From: an uncultured Rickettsiales bacterium
Lineage (GTDB): Bacteria; Myxococcota_A; UBA796; UBA9615; CAYRNR01
DNA: 64,000 nucleotides
Assembly: GCA_964639985.1 (NCBI GenBank)
Contig: CAZXHG010000008.1
Span: 2,116 to 66,115 of the forward strand
Reading direction: 5' to 3'
A program made the translations under genes and the position numbers. Positions 11,024 to 19,801 of the stretch are shown one piece after another (positions within the stretch are counted from its first letter, which is position 1; each line of letters starts with the position of its first letter). Below the pieces are notes generated by a model. That model ran no database searches. It saw only the letters and a program-made list of their open reading frames with translations, and was not told the origin of the DNA.

Positions 11024-12388
11024 GTGATCCATCGCCTCACCGTCCTGAGCCTGCTCGGCCTGCTGCTGCTGCCCGGGATCGCCCGCGCCGACGGCGCGGT
11101 CTACCTGGTCATCGCGCCGGACGAGTATGTGGCCGCGCTCGAACCGCTGATCGAGTGGAAGACGCTCAAGGGGGTTCCCGCGATCACGGTCCCCACCAGC
11201 GAGACCGGGTACTCCACCCTCGAGATCCACGACTACATCGCCGACGCAGCCGCGACCTGGGAGCCGGCACCGCAGTACGTGCTGATCGTGGGTGACATGA
11301 ACACCATCCCGATGCCCACCCTGCAGGGGGGGTACAGCGACACCTACTACGGCGACACGGACGGCGACACCTTCATCGAGGTCCACCCGGGCCGGTTCCC
11401 GGCCGAGGACCTGGCGCAGGTGGAGCTGATGGTGGAGAAGACCCTGCGCTACGAGCGGCACCCCACCAACGACGACGCGTACTACCGCTCCGCGCTGCTG
11501 ACCATCGCCGAGGACTGGGACGACGACGACTGGGTGCACTACTACGGGGACGCCAACTGGGAGGCCGGCCTGCTGACGCGGCACGGCTTCGACAACGTGC
11601 AGATCCTCACCGGCGGCACCACCCCCGATCCCACCGGCACGGCCGTGGACGTGCTCGAGGCGGGTGTGGCCTACGCGGGCTTCCATGGTCAGATCGGCGG
11701 CACGGCCGGGTGGCGGTACTTCGAGTTCGCGCCCGCGGACGTGGCCAACGGCCCCATGCTGCCGGTGGTACCCACCTACACCTGCCAGACCATCGCCGGG
11801 GCGTCGTACGGCGGGGAGCAGTGGATGCGGGCCGGCACCGCGGCCGAGCCGCGAGGGGGCGTGGCCTTCGTGGGCCAGACCATCAGCTGCGGCGGCTGCG
11901 CGCACTGGCGGTCCTCGCTGCGGCGGGGGTTCTGGGGGTACCTCCTCGAGGACACCAGCGACACCGAGATCCTCACCCTGGCCGCGGCCGTGGAGGCGGG
12001 CCGGCTGCACTACTACCAGGAGATCCTGTCCACGCAGCAGTACGTGGCCAGCAACCTGCTCGGCGACCCGGAGCTCGAGCTGTGGACCGGCGTGCCCGAG
12101 CGCATCGACGTCAGTCATCCGCCCACGGTCCCGGCGGACATCGTCAGCTTCTCGGTTTTCACCTCGGACGACGGTGTGCCGCGGCCCGACGTGCGGGTCT
12201 GCGTGTCCGGGTTCGTGTCGGAGTATGCGCACGGCACCACGGACGCGGCCGGCCGCGTGACCTTCGAGGTCAACGCCACCGCCGAGACCGTGCTGCGCGT
12301 CGTGGCCACCGGCCGGGACATGGAGCCCTACGAGGGGCAGATCCTGGTCGGGACCGGGGTGCCCGCGGGTTCGTCCCGCCGCCCCTGA
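11024..12388 (+). CDS. Peptidase C25 (gingipain-like) paralog 2. It has a signal peptide but no acidic linker or MYXO-CTERM tail.
   Basis: Signal peptide VIHRLTVLSLLGLLLLPGIARA. His (FHGQIGGTAGW) and Cys (TCQTIAG) motifs are conserved. The ORF ends at ...GTGVPAGSSRRP without a sorting tail. Confidence 0.85.
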   Translation: MIHRLTVLSLLGLLLLPGIARADGAVYLVIAPDEYVAALEPLIEWKTLKGVPAITVPTSETGYSTLEIHDYIADAAATWEPAPQYVLIVGDMNTIPMPTLQGGYSDTYYGDTDGDTFIEVHPGRFPAEDLAQVELMVEKTLRYERHPTNDDAYYRSALLTIAEDWDDDDWVHYYGDANWEAGLLTRHGFDNVQILTGGTTPDPTGTAVDVLEAGVAYAGFHGQIGGTAGWRYFEFAPADVANGPMLPVVPTYTCQTIAGASYGGEQWMRAGTAAEPRGGVAFVGQTISCGGCAHWRSSLRRGFWGYLLEDTSDTEILTLAAAVEAGRLHYYQEILSTQQYVASNLLGDPELELWTGVPERIDVSHPPTVPADIVSFSVFTSDDGVPRPDVRVCVSGFVSEYAHGTTDAAGRVTFEVNATAETVLRVVATGRDMEPYEGQILVGTGVPAGSSRRP

Positions 12389-12410
12389 ACCACCTCGCCA
12401 TCCCCCGAAT

Positions 12411-12422
12411 CGGTGCTATCCT
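12411..12422 (+). promoter_or_regulatory. Putative extended -10 element CGGTGCTATCCT upstream of C25 paralog 3.
   Basis: Exact 12-mer copy of the 5243-5254 element, 13 nt upstream of the ATG at 12436. Confidence 0.3.
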
Positions 12423-12435
12423 GTTCGCCGGGAAG

Positions 12436-14043
12436 ATGGAGGTGTACGTGTCGATCCGCTGGTCTCTGTTCCCCCTGCTCGTGACCCTGGCCCTGCCCGG
12501 CCTCGCCCGGGCCGACGGCGCCCGCTACCTGATCATCGCGCACGACTCGTTCGTGGACGAGCTGGCGCCGCTGGCCGAGTGGAAGACGCGCAAGGGGGTG
12601 CCCGCGCTGGTGGTGCCCCTGTCCGAGGCGGGCTACTCGTCCCTGGAGATCTGGAGCTACATCAACGAGGCGTGGGAGACCTGGGAGCCGCGGCCCGAGT
12701 ACGTGGTGATCGCGGGGGACATGAGCATCGTGCCGATGCCCACCCTGCAGGGGGGGTACACGGACACCTACTACGGGGACATGGACAACAACACGTTCAT
12801 CGACCTGCACCCGGCGCGGTTCCCGGCCGTGAACGAGGAGCAGATGCAGACCATGGTGGACAAGACGCTGCAGTACGAGCGATACCCCACCACGGACGAG
12901 GACTTCTACCGCCGCGCGCTGCTGACCATCGCCGAGGACTGGGACGACGACGACTGGGTCCACTACTACGGGGACGCCAACTGGGAGTCGGGGCTGCTGA
13001 CCTCGTGGGGCTACGACGACATCGAGATCATGACCCGCGGCACCACCCCCGATCCCACGGGCTCGGCCACGGCCATGCTCAACGAGGGGCTGTCGTTCGC
13101 GGCGTTCCACGGCCAGATCAGCGGCACGGTCGGCTGGTGGGGCTTCGACGTGGTGCCCGACAACCTGAGCAACGGGCCCATGCTGCCGGTGCTGCCGATC
13201 TACACCTGCCAGACCATCGCCGGGGCGAGCTACGGCGGCGAGGAGTGGATGCAGGCCGGTGAGCCGGGCGACCTGCGCGGTGCGGTGGCCTACGTGGGCC
13301 AGTCCATCAGCTGCTCGGGGTGCGCCCACTGGCGGTCCTCCCTGCGGCGCGGGTTCTGGGGCCACCTGCTGGAGGACACCCCCATGGACGAGGTGGTGAC
13401 CCTGGGCGCGGCCGTGGAGGCGGGGCGCCAGCAGTACTACCAGGACATCTACTCCACCCAGCAGTACGTGGCGTCGAACATGTTCGGCGATCCCGAGCTG
13501 AACGTGTGGACCCGTGTGCCCGAGGAGATGACGGTCAGCCACCCGCCCTGTGTGACCAGCGGCGAGGGCGTGGAGGTGACCATCCACACGTCCATCGACG
13601 GCGCCTGCCGCGCCGGGGTCAACGTCTGCCTGATGGGTGAGAACGGGGCCTACGCGGTGGGCACCACGGACGACACCGGCTCGGTCACCCTGGCCGTGGA
13701 CACCACGGCGGACGAGCAGCTGTGGGTCACGGCCACGGGCCGCAACGTATTCCCCTACGAGGGCGAGATGGACGTGGTCGGCGAGGCGTCCAGCGACGAC
13801 GACGACGACGACGTGGCGGATGACGACACCGAGGGGGACGACGACACCGAGGGGGATGACGACGACGTCAGCGACGACGACACGTCGGACGACGACACCG
13901 ACAACGTGTACACCGATCCGAGCACCACCGAGGGGGCCGTGATCGAGGGCAACTGCATGTGCACCGCAACGGGCTCCACCGGGGCCGGTCCGCTGACGGC
14001 CCTGTCCCTGCTGGTGATGGTGTTTCTCCGCCGGCGTCCGTGA
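12436..14043 (+). CDS. Peptidase C25 (gingipain-like) paralog 3, with an acidic linker and MYXO-CTERM-like tail.
   Basis: Signal peptide MEVYVSIRWSLFPLLVTLALPGLARA. The His (FHGQISGTVGWWGF) and Cys (IYTCQTIAG) motifs are present. The tail is SSDDDDDDVADDD... then NCMCTATGSTGAGPLTALSLLVMVFLRRRP. Confidence 0.85.
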   Translation: MEVYVSIRWSLFPLLVTLALPGLARADGARYLIIAHDSFVDELAPLAEWKTRKGVPALVVPLSEAGYSSLEIWSYINEAWETWEPRPEYVVIAGDMSIVPMPTLQGGYTDTYYGDMDNNTFIDLHPARFPAVNEEQMQTMVDKTLQYERYPTTDEDFYRRALLTIAEDWDDDDWVHYYGDANWESGLLTSWGYDDIEIMTRGTTPDPTGSATAMLNEGLSFAAFHGQISGTVGWWGFDVVPDNLSNGPMLPVLPIYTCQTIAGASYGGEEWMQAGEPGDLRGAVAYVGQSISCSGCAHWRSSLRRGFWGHLLEDTPMDEVVTLGAAVEAGRQQYYQDIYSTQQYVASNMFGDPELNVWTRVPEEMTVSHPPCVTSGEGVEVTIHTSIDGACRAGVNVCLMGENGAYAVGTTDDTGSVTLAVDTTADEQLWVTATGRNVFPYEGEMDVVGEASSDDDDDDVADDDTEGDDDTEGDDDDVSDDDTSDDDTDNVYTDPSTTEGAVIEGNCMCTATGSTGAGPLTALSLLVMVFLRRRP

Positions 14044-14086
14044 ACGCGGTTCCACCTGTTAGCATGTCCGTCGAAGGGAGCCGTCC

Positions 14087-15106
14087 ATGCGCCCACGTCC
14101 GTCCGTGGTCCTTCCCTTGCCCCTGGCCCTGGCCCTGGCCCTCACCCTGGCCTGGGGCTGCGCCGAGCCCGACGAGTACGACGGCCACCGGACCGTGCAG
14201 CAGCACAGCTCCCCGATCGTCGGGGGCACCACCACCACGGACTGGGACTCGGTGGTCTTCCTGGAGATGTCCGGCTGGATCTGCACCGGCACCCTGATCT
14301 CGCCGGACGTGGTGCTGACCGCCGCCCACTGCCTCGAGGGCGCCCACGGCACGGTCAATGCCTACTGGTGCAACAGCTGCTACTGGCCTAACGACACGTC
14401 GGCCACGCGGTCGTCCAACGACTACCACATGCACCCCAGCTACAACCCCAACCAGATGACCCACGACATCGGGGTGGTGGTACTGAGCCAGGACGGGCCC
14501 ACCGATCCCTACCCGATCAACCGGGACGCGGCCTCCAACAGCTGGCTGGGCAACAGCAACCCGCTGACCTTCGTCGGCTTCGGGGTGACCGCCGCACACC
14601 TCAACGACGAGGGCACCAAGCGCACGGTCGACATCTCCATCGACGACTGGGACAGCAACTACCTGTACCACTACGACCCGCAGCACAACACGTGCGTCGG
14701 CGACTCGGGCGGCCCCAGCCTGACCGATCACTCGGGACAGTGGCGGGTGGCGTCGGTGGTCTCGTGGGGCGACGCGAACTGTTCGCAGGACGGGTACAAC
14801 ACCCGCGCCGACAGCTACCAGACCTGGATCGACGGCTACACCGGCGGCTACGACCCGGACCCGGGCGACGACGACGACGACGACGACGACTTCACGCCCT
14901 CGGACGACGACGACACGGACCCTGTGGGGGACGACGACGACACCACGCCGGTGGACCCCTCCGGCCTGCCCGAGCCCAAGGTCAACGCCGGCTACGGAGC
15001 GCCCGAGGGGGCGTGCGTGGCCCAGGTCGCGCGCGGCGACGGCCCGCGGGCGGCGGCAGTGGTGGCGGTCGTCGCGGCGCTGCTGGCGCTGCGCCGCCGG
15101 GGCTGA
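14087..15106 (+). CDS. Trypsin-like serine protease (S1 family) lipoprotein with an acidic linker and MYXO-CTERM-like tail.
   Basis: Lipobox LTLAWGC. The catalytic triad context is IVGG, TAAHC (His), DIGVV (Asp) and GDSGGP (Ser). The tail is DDDDDDD... then GACVAQVARGDGPRAAAVVAVVAALLALRRRG. Confidence 0.9.
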   Translation: MRPRPSVVLPLPLALALALTLAWGCAEPDEYDGHRTVQQHSSPIVGGTTTTDWDSVVFLEMSGWICTGTLISPDVVLTAAHCLEGAHGTVNAYWCNSCYWPNDTSATRSSNDYHMHPSYNPNQMTHDIGVVVLSQDGPTDPYPINRDAASNSWLGNSNPLTFVGFGVTAAHLNDEGTKRTVDISIDDWDSNYLYHYDPQHNTCVGDSGGPSLTDHSGQWRVASVVSWGDANCSQDGYNTRADSYQTWIDGYTGGYDPDPGDDDDDDDDFTPSDDDDTDPVGDDDDTTPVDPSGLPEPKVNAGYGAPEGACVAQVARGDGPRAAAVVAVVAALLALRRRG

Positions 15107-15880
15107 TCAGGGCGACAGCGCGGCCAGCACGTGCTCGTGCAGCCGCCCGTTGGAGAACACCGCCGACCCGCTGTCAAGGTCCGCGCCCCCGGCCAGGTCC
15201 GTGTACCGTCCCCCGGCCTCGGTGAACAGCACCGGGTAGGGACCCAGGTCCCACGGCTTCACCCCGCATTCGAGGAAGACCTCGGCCTGGCCGTCGAGCA
15301 CCATGCGCGCGCTGGCCACGTCCCCGTAGGCTCGCACGGAGGCGGCCGAGCGGATCAGCGCGGTCGCGCCCGCGCACACCGGGGACGCCATGACCTTGTC
15401 GACCTCGCCGAGGCTGAGCGTGGCCTGATCCCAGCGGTCGACCGTGGACAGGTGGATGGGCTCGCCGTTGCGGTACGCACCCAGGCCCTCGCCAGCCCAG
15501 TACAGCTCCCGCGTCACGGGCAGGTACATGGCCCCGGCGAGCACCTCCTCGCCTCGACGGAGCGCCACCAGCGATCCCCAGAACGCGCCGCCGCGCACGA
15601 ACCCGCGGGTCCCGTCCAGGGGATCGACCAGCCACTCGTACGCGCCGTGGCTGCCGTGTCGACCGCTCTCCTCGGTGAGGAGGCGGTGGCCGGGGTACTC
15701 GTCGCGGATGCGCGCCACGATGGCGTGCTCGGACGCCTCGTCCGCGTCGGTCACCCACGACGCGTCGGCCTTGGTGCGGAAGGGGATGTCCGTGGCGTGG
15801 AAGGCGAGCGCGGCCTCGCCGCCGGCGCGCGCGGCCTCCCGGGCCACGCGCGCGAAGGACGCGGTGTCGGTCATGGTCAT
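15107..15880 (-). CDS. Inositol monophosphatase family protein (IMPase/SuhB/HisN-like).
   Basis: WLVDPLDGT metal-binding motif, 257 aa. Its start overlaps the stop of the upstream lipoprotein gene (ATGA). Confidence 0.85.
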   Translation of the reverse strand: MTMTDTASFARVAREAARAGGEAALAFHATDIPFRTKADASWVTDADEASEHAIVARIRDEYPGHRLLTEESGRHGSHGAYEWLVDPLDGTRGFVRGGAFWGSLVALRRGEEVLAGAMYLPVTRELYWAGEGLGAYRNGEPIHLSTVDRWDQATLSLGEVDKVMASPVCAGATALIRSAASVRAYGDVASARMVLDGQAEVFLECGVKPWDLGPYPVLFTEAGGRYTDLAGGADLDSGSAVFSNGRLHEHVLAALSP

Positions 15881-16380
15881 GTCCCCGTGGTCGGCTTGTC
15901 GCCCGGGTGCTCGGGCAGGCGGGAGTCCAGCATGGTCTGCAGCACGTCCAGCCAGATCTGCACCGGCACGCGCGTGTCGCTGATCGCGGTCTTGCGCAGG
16001 TCGATGGGCACCAGGTTCTCCCCTGCGCCCAGGGTCACCTCCACGAAGTCGAGCTCGTGCTGCTCCGACCAGGCCACGAACATCACGGTCAGGCCCTCGT
16101 GGAACGGGACCTCGTATCCCCCCGGGATCTTGCCGAAGCCGTGGAAGCGGGGCGTGGGCCCGTCGCCGATGAACACGGTCTCGAAGTCGTCGGGCCGGCC
16201 CTGGGCCCAGATGTAGGTCTGGATCGGCTGCAGGGAGCCCATCTCCAGGGGCTCGAACACCACCCAGGCGGGCATGGCCAGCGACGGGTCGGTCACCGGT
16301 GGTCGGGCCGTCAGCGCCGGGCAGCCGACCGTGGTCAGACCGGCGAGCAGCGGCAGCAGCGGCAGCAGCGTGCGTCCCAT
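15877..16380 (-). CDS. Hypothetical lipoprotein.
   Basis: Signal peptide plus lipobox (LLAGLTTVGC). 167 aa with balanced composition. Translationally coupled to the IMPase gene. Confidence 0.6.
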   Translation of the reverse strand: MGRTLLPLLPLLAGLTTVGCPALTARPPVTDPSLAMPAWVVFEPLEMGSLQPIQTYIWAQGRPDDFETVFIGDGPTPRFHGFGKIPGGYEVPFHEGLTVMFVAWSEQHELDFVEVTLGAGENLVPIDLRKTAISDTRVPVQIWLDVLQTMLDSRLPEHPGDKPTTGT

Positions 16381-16487
16381 GGGGAGATTATGGCCCCTTC
16401 TTCCGCTTCTTCACCACCACCGAGCCCTGCAGACGCGTGGTACCGTCGAAGCGCCGGGCGCCGTTCGCGCGCGGCGAGGAGGAGTCG

Positions 16488-16850
16488 ATGGGTCTGCTTC
16501 GTATCCTGATCGTGGCCGTGGTCCTGGGCGCCTGGCTGAGCCCGACGTCCGCCCGGGCGCAGGACGCAACCCTGGCCGAGGCCGCCAGCGCCGTGTACGC
16601 CGCGCAGGCCGAGGCCTTCGCGGCCGGCATGGCCACACCCGAGGACGTGTACACCTGGTCGGTGCGTTGGCTGGCCGCGGTCAAGGGGCAGCAGCCGGAC
16701 GCGGCCCTGGCCGATCACCTCGCCCGCATGGAGGCGTTGGCCGCGCGCGCCGAGGAGCAGGTCGCGGCCGGGATGATCGCGCCGGCCGTACAGGCGGCGT
16801 GTCGCTACTACGTGCTGGAGGCACGGGCGTGGAAGGCGAAGACGGAGTAG
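16488..16850 (+). CDS. Small secreted alpha-helical hypothetical protein.
   Basis: ATG preceded by GAGGAGGAG. Signal peptide MGLLRILIVAVVLGAWLSPTSARA. 120 aa, Ala-rich but with plausible W/Y content. The listed ORF start at 16299 is upstream junk. Confidence 0.5.
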   Translation: MGLLRILIVAVVLGAWLSPTSARAQDATLAEAASAVYAAQAEAFAAGMATPEDVYTWSVRWLAAVKGQQPDAALADHLARMEALAARAEEQVAAGMIAPAVQAACRYYVLEARAWKAKTE

Positions 16851-16956
16851 TCACTCGTCCCGCGCATCACCCGCCTCCTTCGATGAGTTCCAGCTCTTGT
16901 CTGGATCCTGCGCACATCTGTTACCTTGCTGGGAGAAAAAAAGTGGAGGGAGACCG

Positions 16957-19182
16957 ATGAACCAGCGATTCACCTGGCTTGCCGCGCTGCTGTGCGCAGC
17001 CCTGATCACCGCAGGGTGTCCGACCGAGGAGCCCGACGACGACGACATCACCGACGACGACGACGTGGCGGACGACGACTCCGCGAGCGACGACGACGAC
17101 TCGGCCGGCGAGTGCGTGGACACGGCCGGCGGTGAGTTCCCGGCCTCGGCCTCGGAGATCTCCTGGTCGCCCGACGACCCCGAGGCCTCCATGCTGGACT
17201 ACGCGCTGATGCCACTGAACGGGTACGAGGGCACGTACGTCTTCGGCGGCGACGACCGGCTGTGGGAGGCGGTGCGCTTCGACATCGACGTGCCCACCAC
17301 GGTCCACGGCGCGCGCGTGGCGTGGCGCGGCCTGCCCGAGGACGCGCCCGGGGCTATCACCCTGGGGTTCTACGACGACTTCGGATCCAACGGGTTCGAC
17401 TTCTACCAGTGGGAGGCGCTGTTCGAGGGGGACCGCTGCCTGACCGCGGACGACCAGGATGTCTGGATCGACTACGTGCTGCCCGAGCCGATCGAGATCG
17501 ACTTCCAGCACATCCTCTGGGTCGCGCACCTGTACGAGGACGAGTCGTCTCCGGCATTCGCCTTCGCCACCGAGTCACCGGACTGCTCGACCTTCCACGG
17601 CTGCCACAGCGCGGTGAACTTCCCGGACGCGGACCCGAACTACTTCTACAACGGACTGTCAACCTCCTGGCACTACAACTACTCGGTGCGGCTGGTGGCC
17701 GAGGTGCACGACACGATCCCCCCCGAGGACACGTGGTTCCAGGTGGACGAGGCGCTGTCCGGCTCCGGCCAGGTGTCGTGGGGCGACTACGACCACGACG
17801 GTGACGACGACCTGATGACGAACGGGCCGACCCTGTACCGCAACAACGGCGACGGCACGTTCACCGACGTGTCCGAGGAGGCCGGGTTGAATGCCCTGAC
17901 CGGCTCGTCCAGCGCCACCATCTGGGGCGACTACGACAACGACGGCTGCCTGGACTTCTTCGGCGCCAACAGCGGCTACACCAGCCACGACATCCTGGTG
18001 CGCAGCAACTGTGACGGCACGTTCACCGACGTCACCGAGGGCTCGGGCATCGACGACACCCAGGACTCCACGGACTGCGACGGGGACGGTGAGCCCGAGC
18101 ACTCGCCGACCACGGGCGCCGGCTGGTTCGACCTGGACAACGACGGCTTCCTCGACCTGTACCTGGCCAACTACGAGTGCGGCGGGGTGTACGTCAACTA
18201 CCCGGACTTCCTGTTCCACAACAACGGCGACGGCACCTTCTCCGACTGGTCGGATCACGGCGTGTCGGCGTCGTTGCAGGCCGGCCGCGGGGTGAGCCCC
18301 AACGACGTGAACCAGGACGGCCTGATGGACATGTTCGTGTCCAACTACCGCCTCGACATGAACTTCATGTACGAGAACCTGGGCGAGGGCGAGATCTACG
18401 ACCGGGCGCTGGCCTGGGGCCTGGCCGGGCAGTGGAACAGCGGCTCGTACGGCCACACCATCGGGTCGGTGTGGTCGGACTTCGACAACGACGGCGACTG
18501 GGACATCGTGCAGTCGAACCTCGCCCACCCGCGCTACTACAGCTTCTCCAACAAGACCATGATCCTGCGCAACGACGGCGACCAGGCGTTCGAGGACATC
18601 GCGGTCGAGGCGGGCATGCACTACCGCGAGACCCACTCCAACGTGACCAGCCAGGACTTCGACAGCGATGGCGACTGGGACCTGTTCTTCACCTGCGTGT
18701 ACGAGGGCCGCTTCTCGGAGCTGTACTTCAACGACGGCGACAGCACCTTCACCCAGGTCAACTACCCCTCGGGCGCCATCATCACCAACGGCTGGGGCAG
18801 CGCCGCGGCCGACTACGACAACGACGGCGACATGGACCTGCTGGCCTACGACCTGTTCCGCAACGACACGGCGGCCGCGGGCAACCACTGGCTGCAGGTG
18901 CGGGCCCACGGCGGCGTGACCGCCAACTGGTCGGCCCTGGGCGCGCGGGTCGAGGTCGACGCCGGCGGCCAGACCGTGATGAACCAGGTCAGCGGCGGAT
19001 CCGGCACCGGCTGTCAGGACTCGGCCACGCAGCACTTCGGCCTCGGCGCGGCCACGGTGGTCGACGAGGTGCGTGTGATCTACCCCGGCGGCGCCTCCGT
19101 CACCGTGGATGGCCCGATCGACGCGGATCAGCGGGTGTGGGTGTACGAGGACGGCACCGTGACCTACGGCTGGGCGCCCTGA
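16957..19182 (+). CDS. FG-GAP/VCBS repeat lipoprotein with a C-terminal ASPIC/UnbV-like domain (CRTAC1-like architecture).
   Basis: GGAGGGAG RBS, then MNQRFTWLAALLCAALITAGC lipobox, then an acidic DDDD linker. It contains many DxDxDGxxD FG-GAP motifs. The C-terminus resembles UnbV/ASPIC. Confidence 0.85.
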   Translation: MNQRFTWLAALLCAALITAGCPTEEPDDDDITDDDDVADDDSASDDDDSAGECVDTAGGEFPASASEISWSPDDPEASMLDYALMPLNGYEGTYVFGGDDRLWEAVRFDIDVPTTVHGARVAWRGLPEDAPGAITLGFYDDFGSNGFDFYQWEALFEGDRCLTADDQDVWIDYVLPEPIEIDFQHILWVAHLYEDESSPAFAFATESPDCSTFHGCHSAVNFPDADPNYFYNGLSTSWHYNYSVRLVAEVHDTIPPEDTWFQVDEALSGSGQVSWGDYDHDGDDDLMTNGPTLYRNNGDGTFTDVSEEAGLNALTGSSSATIWGDYDNDGCLDFFGANSGYTSHDILVRSNCDGTFTDVTEGSGIDDTQDSTDCDGDGEPEHSPTTGAGWFDLDNDGFLDLYLANYECGGVYVNYPDFLFHNNGDGTFSDWSDHGVSASLQAGRGVSPNDVNQDGLMDMFVSNYRLDMNFMYENLGEGEIYDRALAWGLAGQWNSGSYGHTIGSVWSDFDNDGDWDIVQSNLAHPRYYSFSNKTMILRNDGDQAFEDIAVEAGMHYRETHSNVTSQDFDSDGDWDLFFTCVYEGRFSELYFNDGDSTFTQVNYPSGAIITNGWGSAAADYDNDGDMDLLAYDLFRNDTAAAGNHWLQVRAHGGVTANWSALGARVEVDAGGQTVMNQVSGGSGTGCQDSATQHFGLGAATVVDEVRVIYPGGASVTVDGPIDADQRVWVYEDGTVTYGWAP

Positions 19183-19192
19183 CCGATCCGGC

Positions 19193-19801
19193 TCACCAGG
19201 CGAACCCCACGGTGGCTCCGGCGGTCCGGCTCGCGGGGTCGGCCCAGGGGGTCACGAGCAGACCGTGCGGCTCGCTGCGCAGATGCCGGTGGGCGTAGCG
19301 CAGCAGCGCGATCCCGGCGGGCAGCGCGGCGACACCGAGGCCCCAGCAGATGGCGTACGGCGCGGCCCAGTCGTGCAGCGCCCCCTCACTGCTGGGGGAC
19401 GCCACGGCGGGCAGCAGCCACAGCCACGCCGTGGCCAGGGACAGCGCGCCGGTCCCGACCAGCGTCACGCCGTAGCCGGTGAGGACGCGGCGGCCCACGT
19501 CGCCTGAGCTCCAGCCCTGGCCGGCCTTCAGCCCGATCCCCCCCGCCAGGCCGGTCACCCCCAGCCCGATCAGCGCGGGGACCAGCGGGATCGTCGGGTG
19601 GGAGAGGTCCTGCCGGCCGGGTTCGATCAGGGCAGCCAGCATGACCAGACCGCCGGCCAGGGACACGCCGCCAGACACGCCCAGGGCGTGGGCTGGACCG
19701 TGATCGAGCGGGTCGGGAATCTCGGCTGCTACCGCCGGTCCTCCGAGGAGTACGGCCGCGACCGCCGCGGTCAGCACGGCGCGTATGGCCCGCGTGCTCA
19801 T
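19193..19801 (-). CDS. Hypothetical polytopic membrane protein (signal peptide plus ~4 transmembrane segments), translationally coupled to the upstream GGDEF sensor.
   Basis: Its ATG at 19801 overlaps the TGA of the 19798..22887 gene (ATGA). The translation MSTRAIRAVLTAAVAAVLLGGPAVA... is hydrophobic, Gly/Leu-rich and membrane-like. In the track it appears only as the tail of the artefactual 19193..21181 ORF. Confidence 0.55.
   Translation of the reverse strand: MSTRAIRAVLTAAVAAVLLGGPAVAAEIPDPLDHGPAHALGVSGGVSLAGGLVMLAALIEPGRQDLSHPTIPLVPALIGLGVTGLAGGIGLKAGQGWSSGDVGRRVLTGYGVTLVGTGALSLATAWLWLLPAVASPSSEGALHDWAAPYAICWGLGVAALPAGIALLRYAHRHLRSEPHGLLVTPWADPASRTAGATVGFAW

Noticed and set aside
10727-14055. 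Long minus-strand ORFs (10727..12232, 12328..14055) antisense to C25 paralogs 2 and 3
   Set aside because: High-GC antisense artefacts. The translations are Val/Arg/Gly-rich without domains, while the sense frames carry the complete peptidase C25 signatures.
17659-19035. 458-aa minus-strand ORF inside the FG-GAP/ASPIC gene
   Set aside because: Antisense artefact (Val/Ala/Gly-rich). The sense frame has FG-GAP repeats and a lipoprotein signal.
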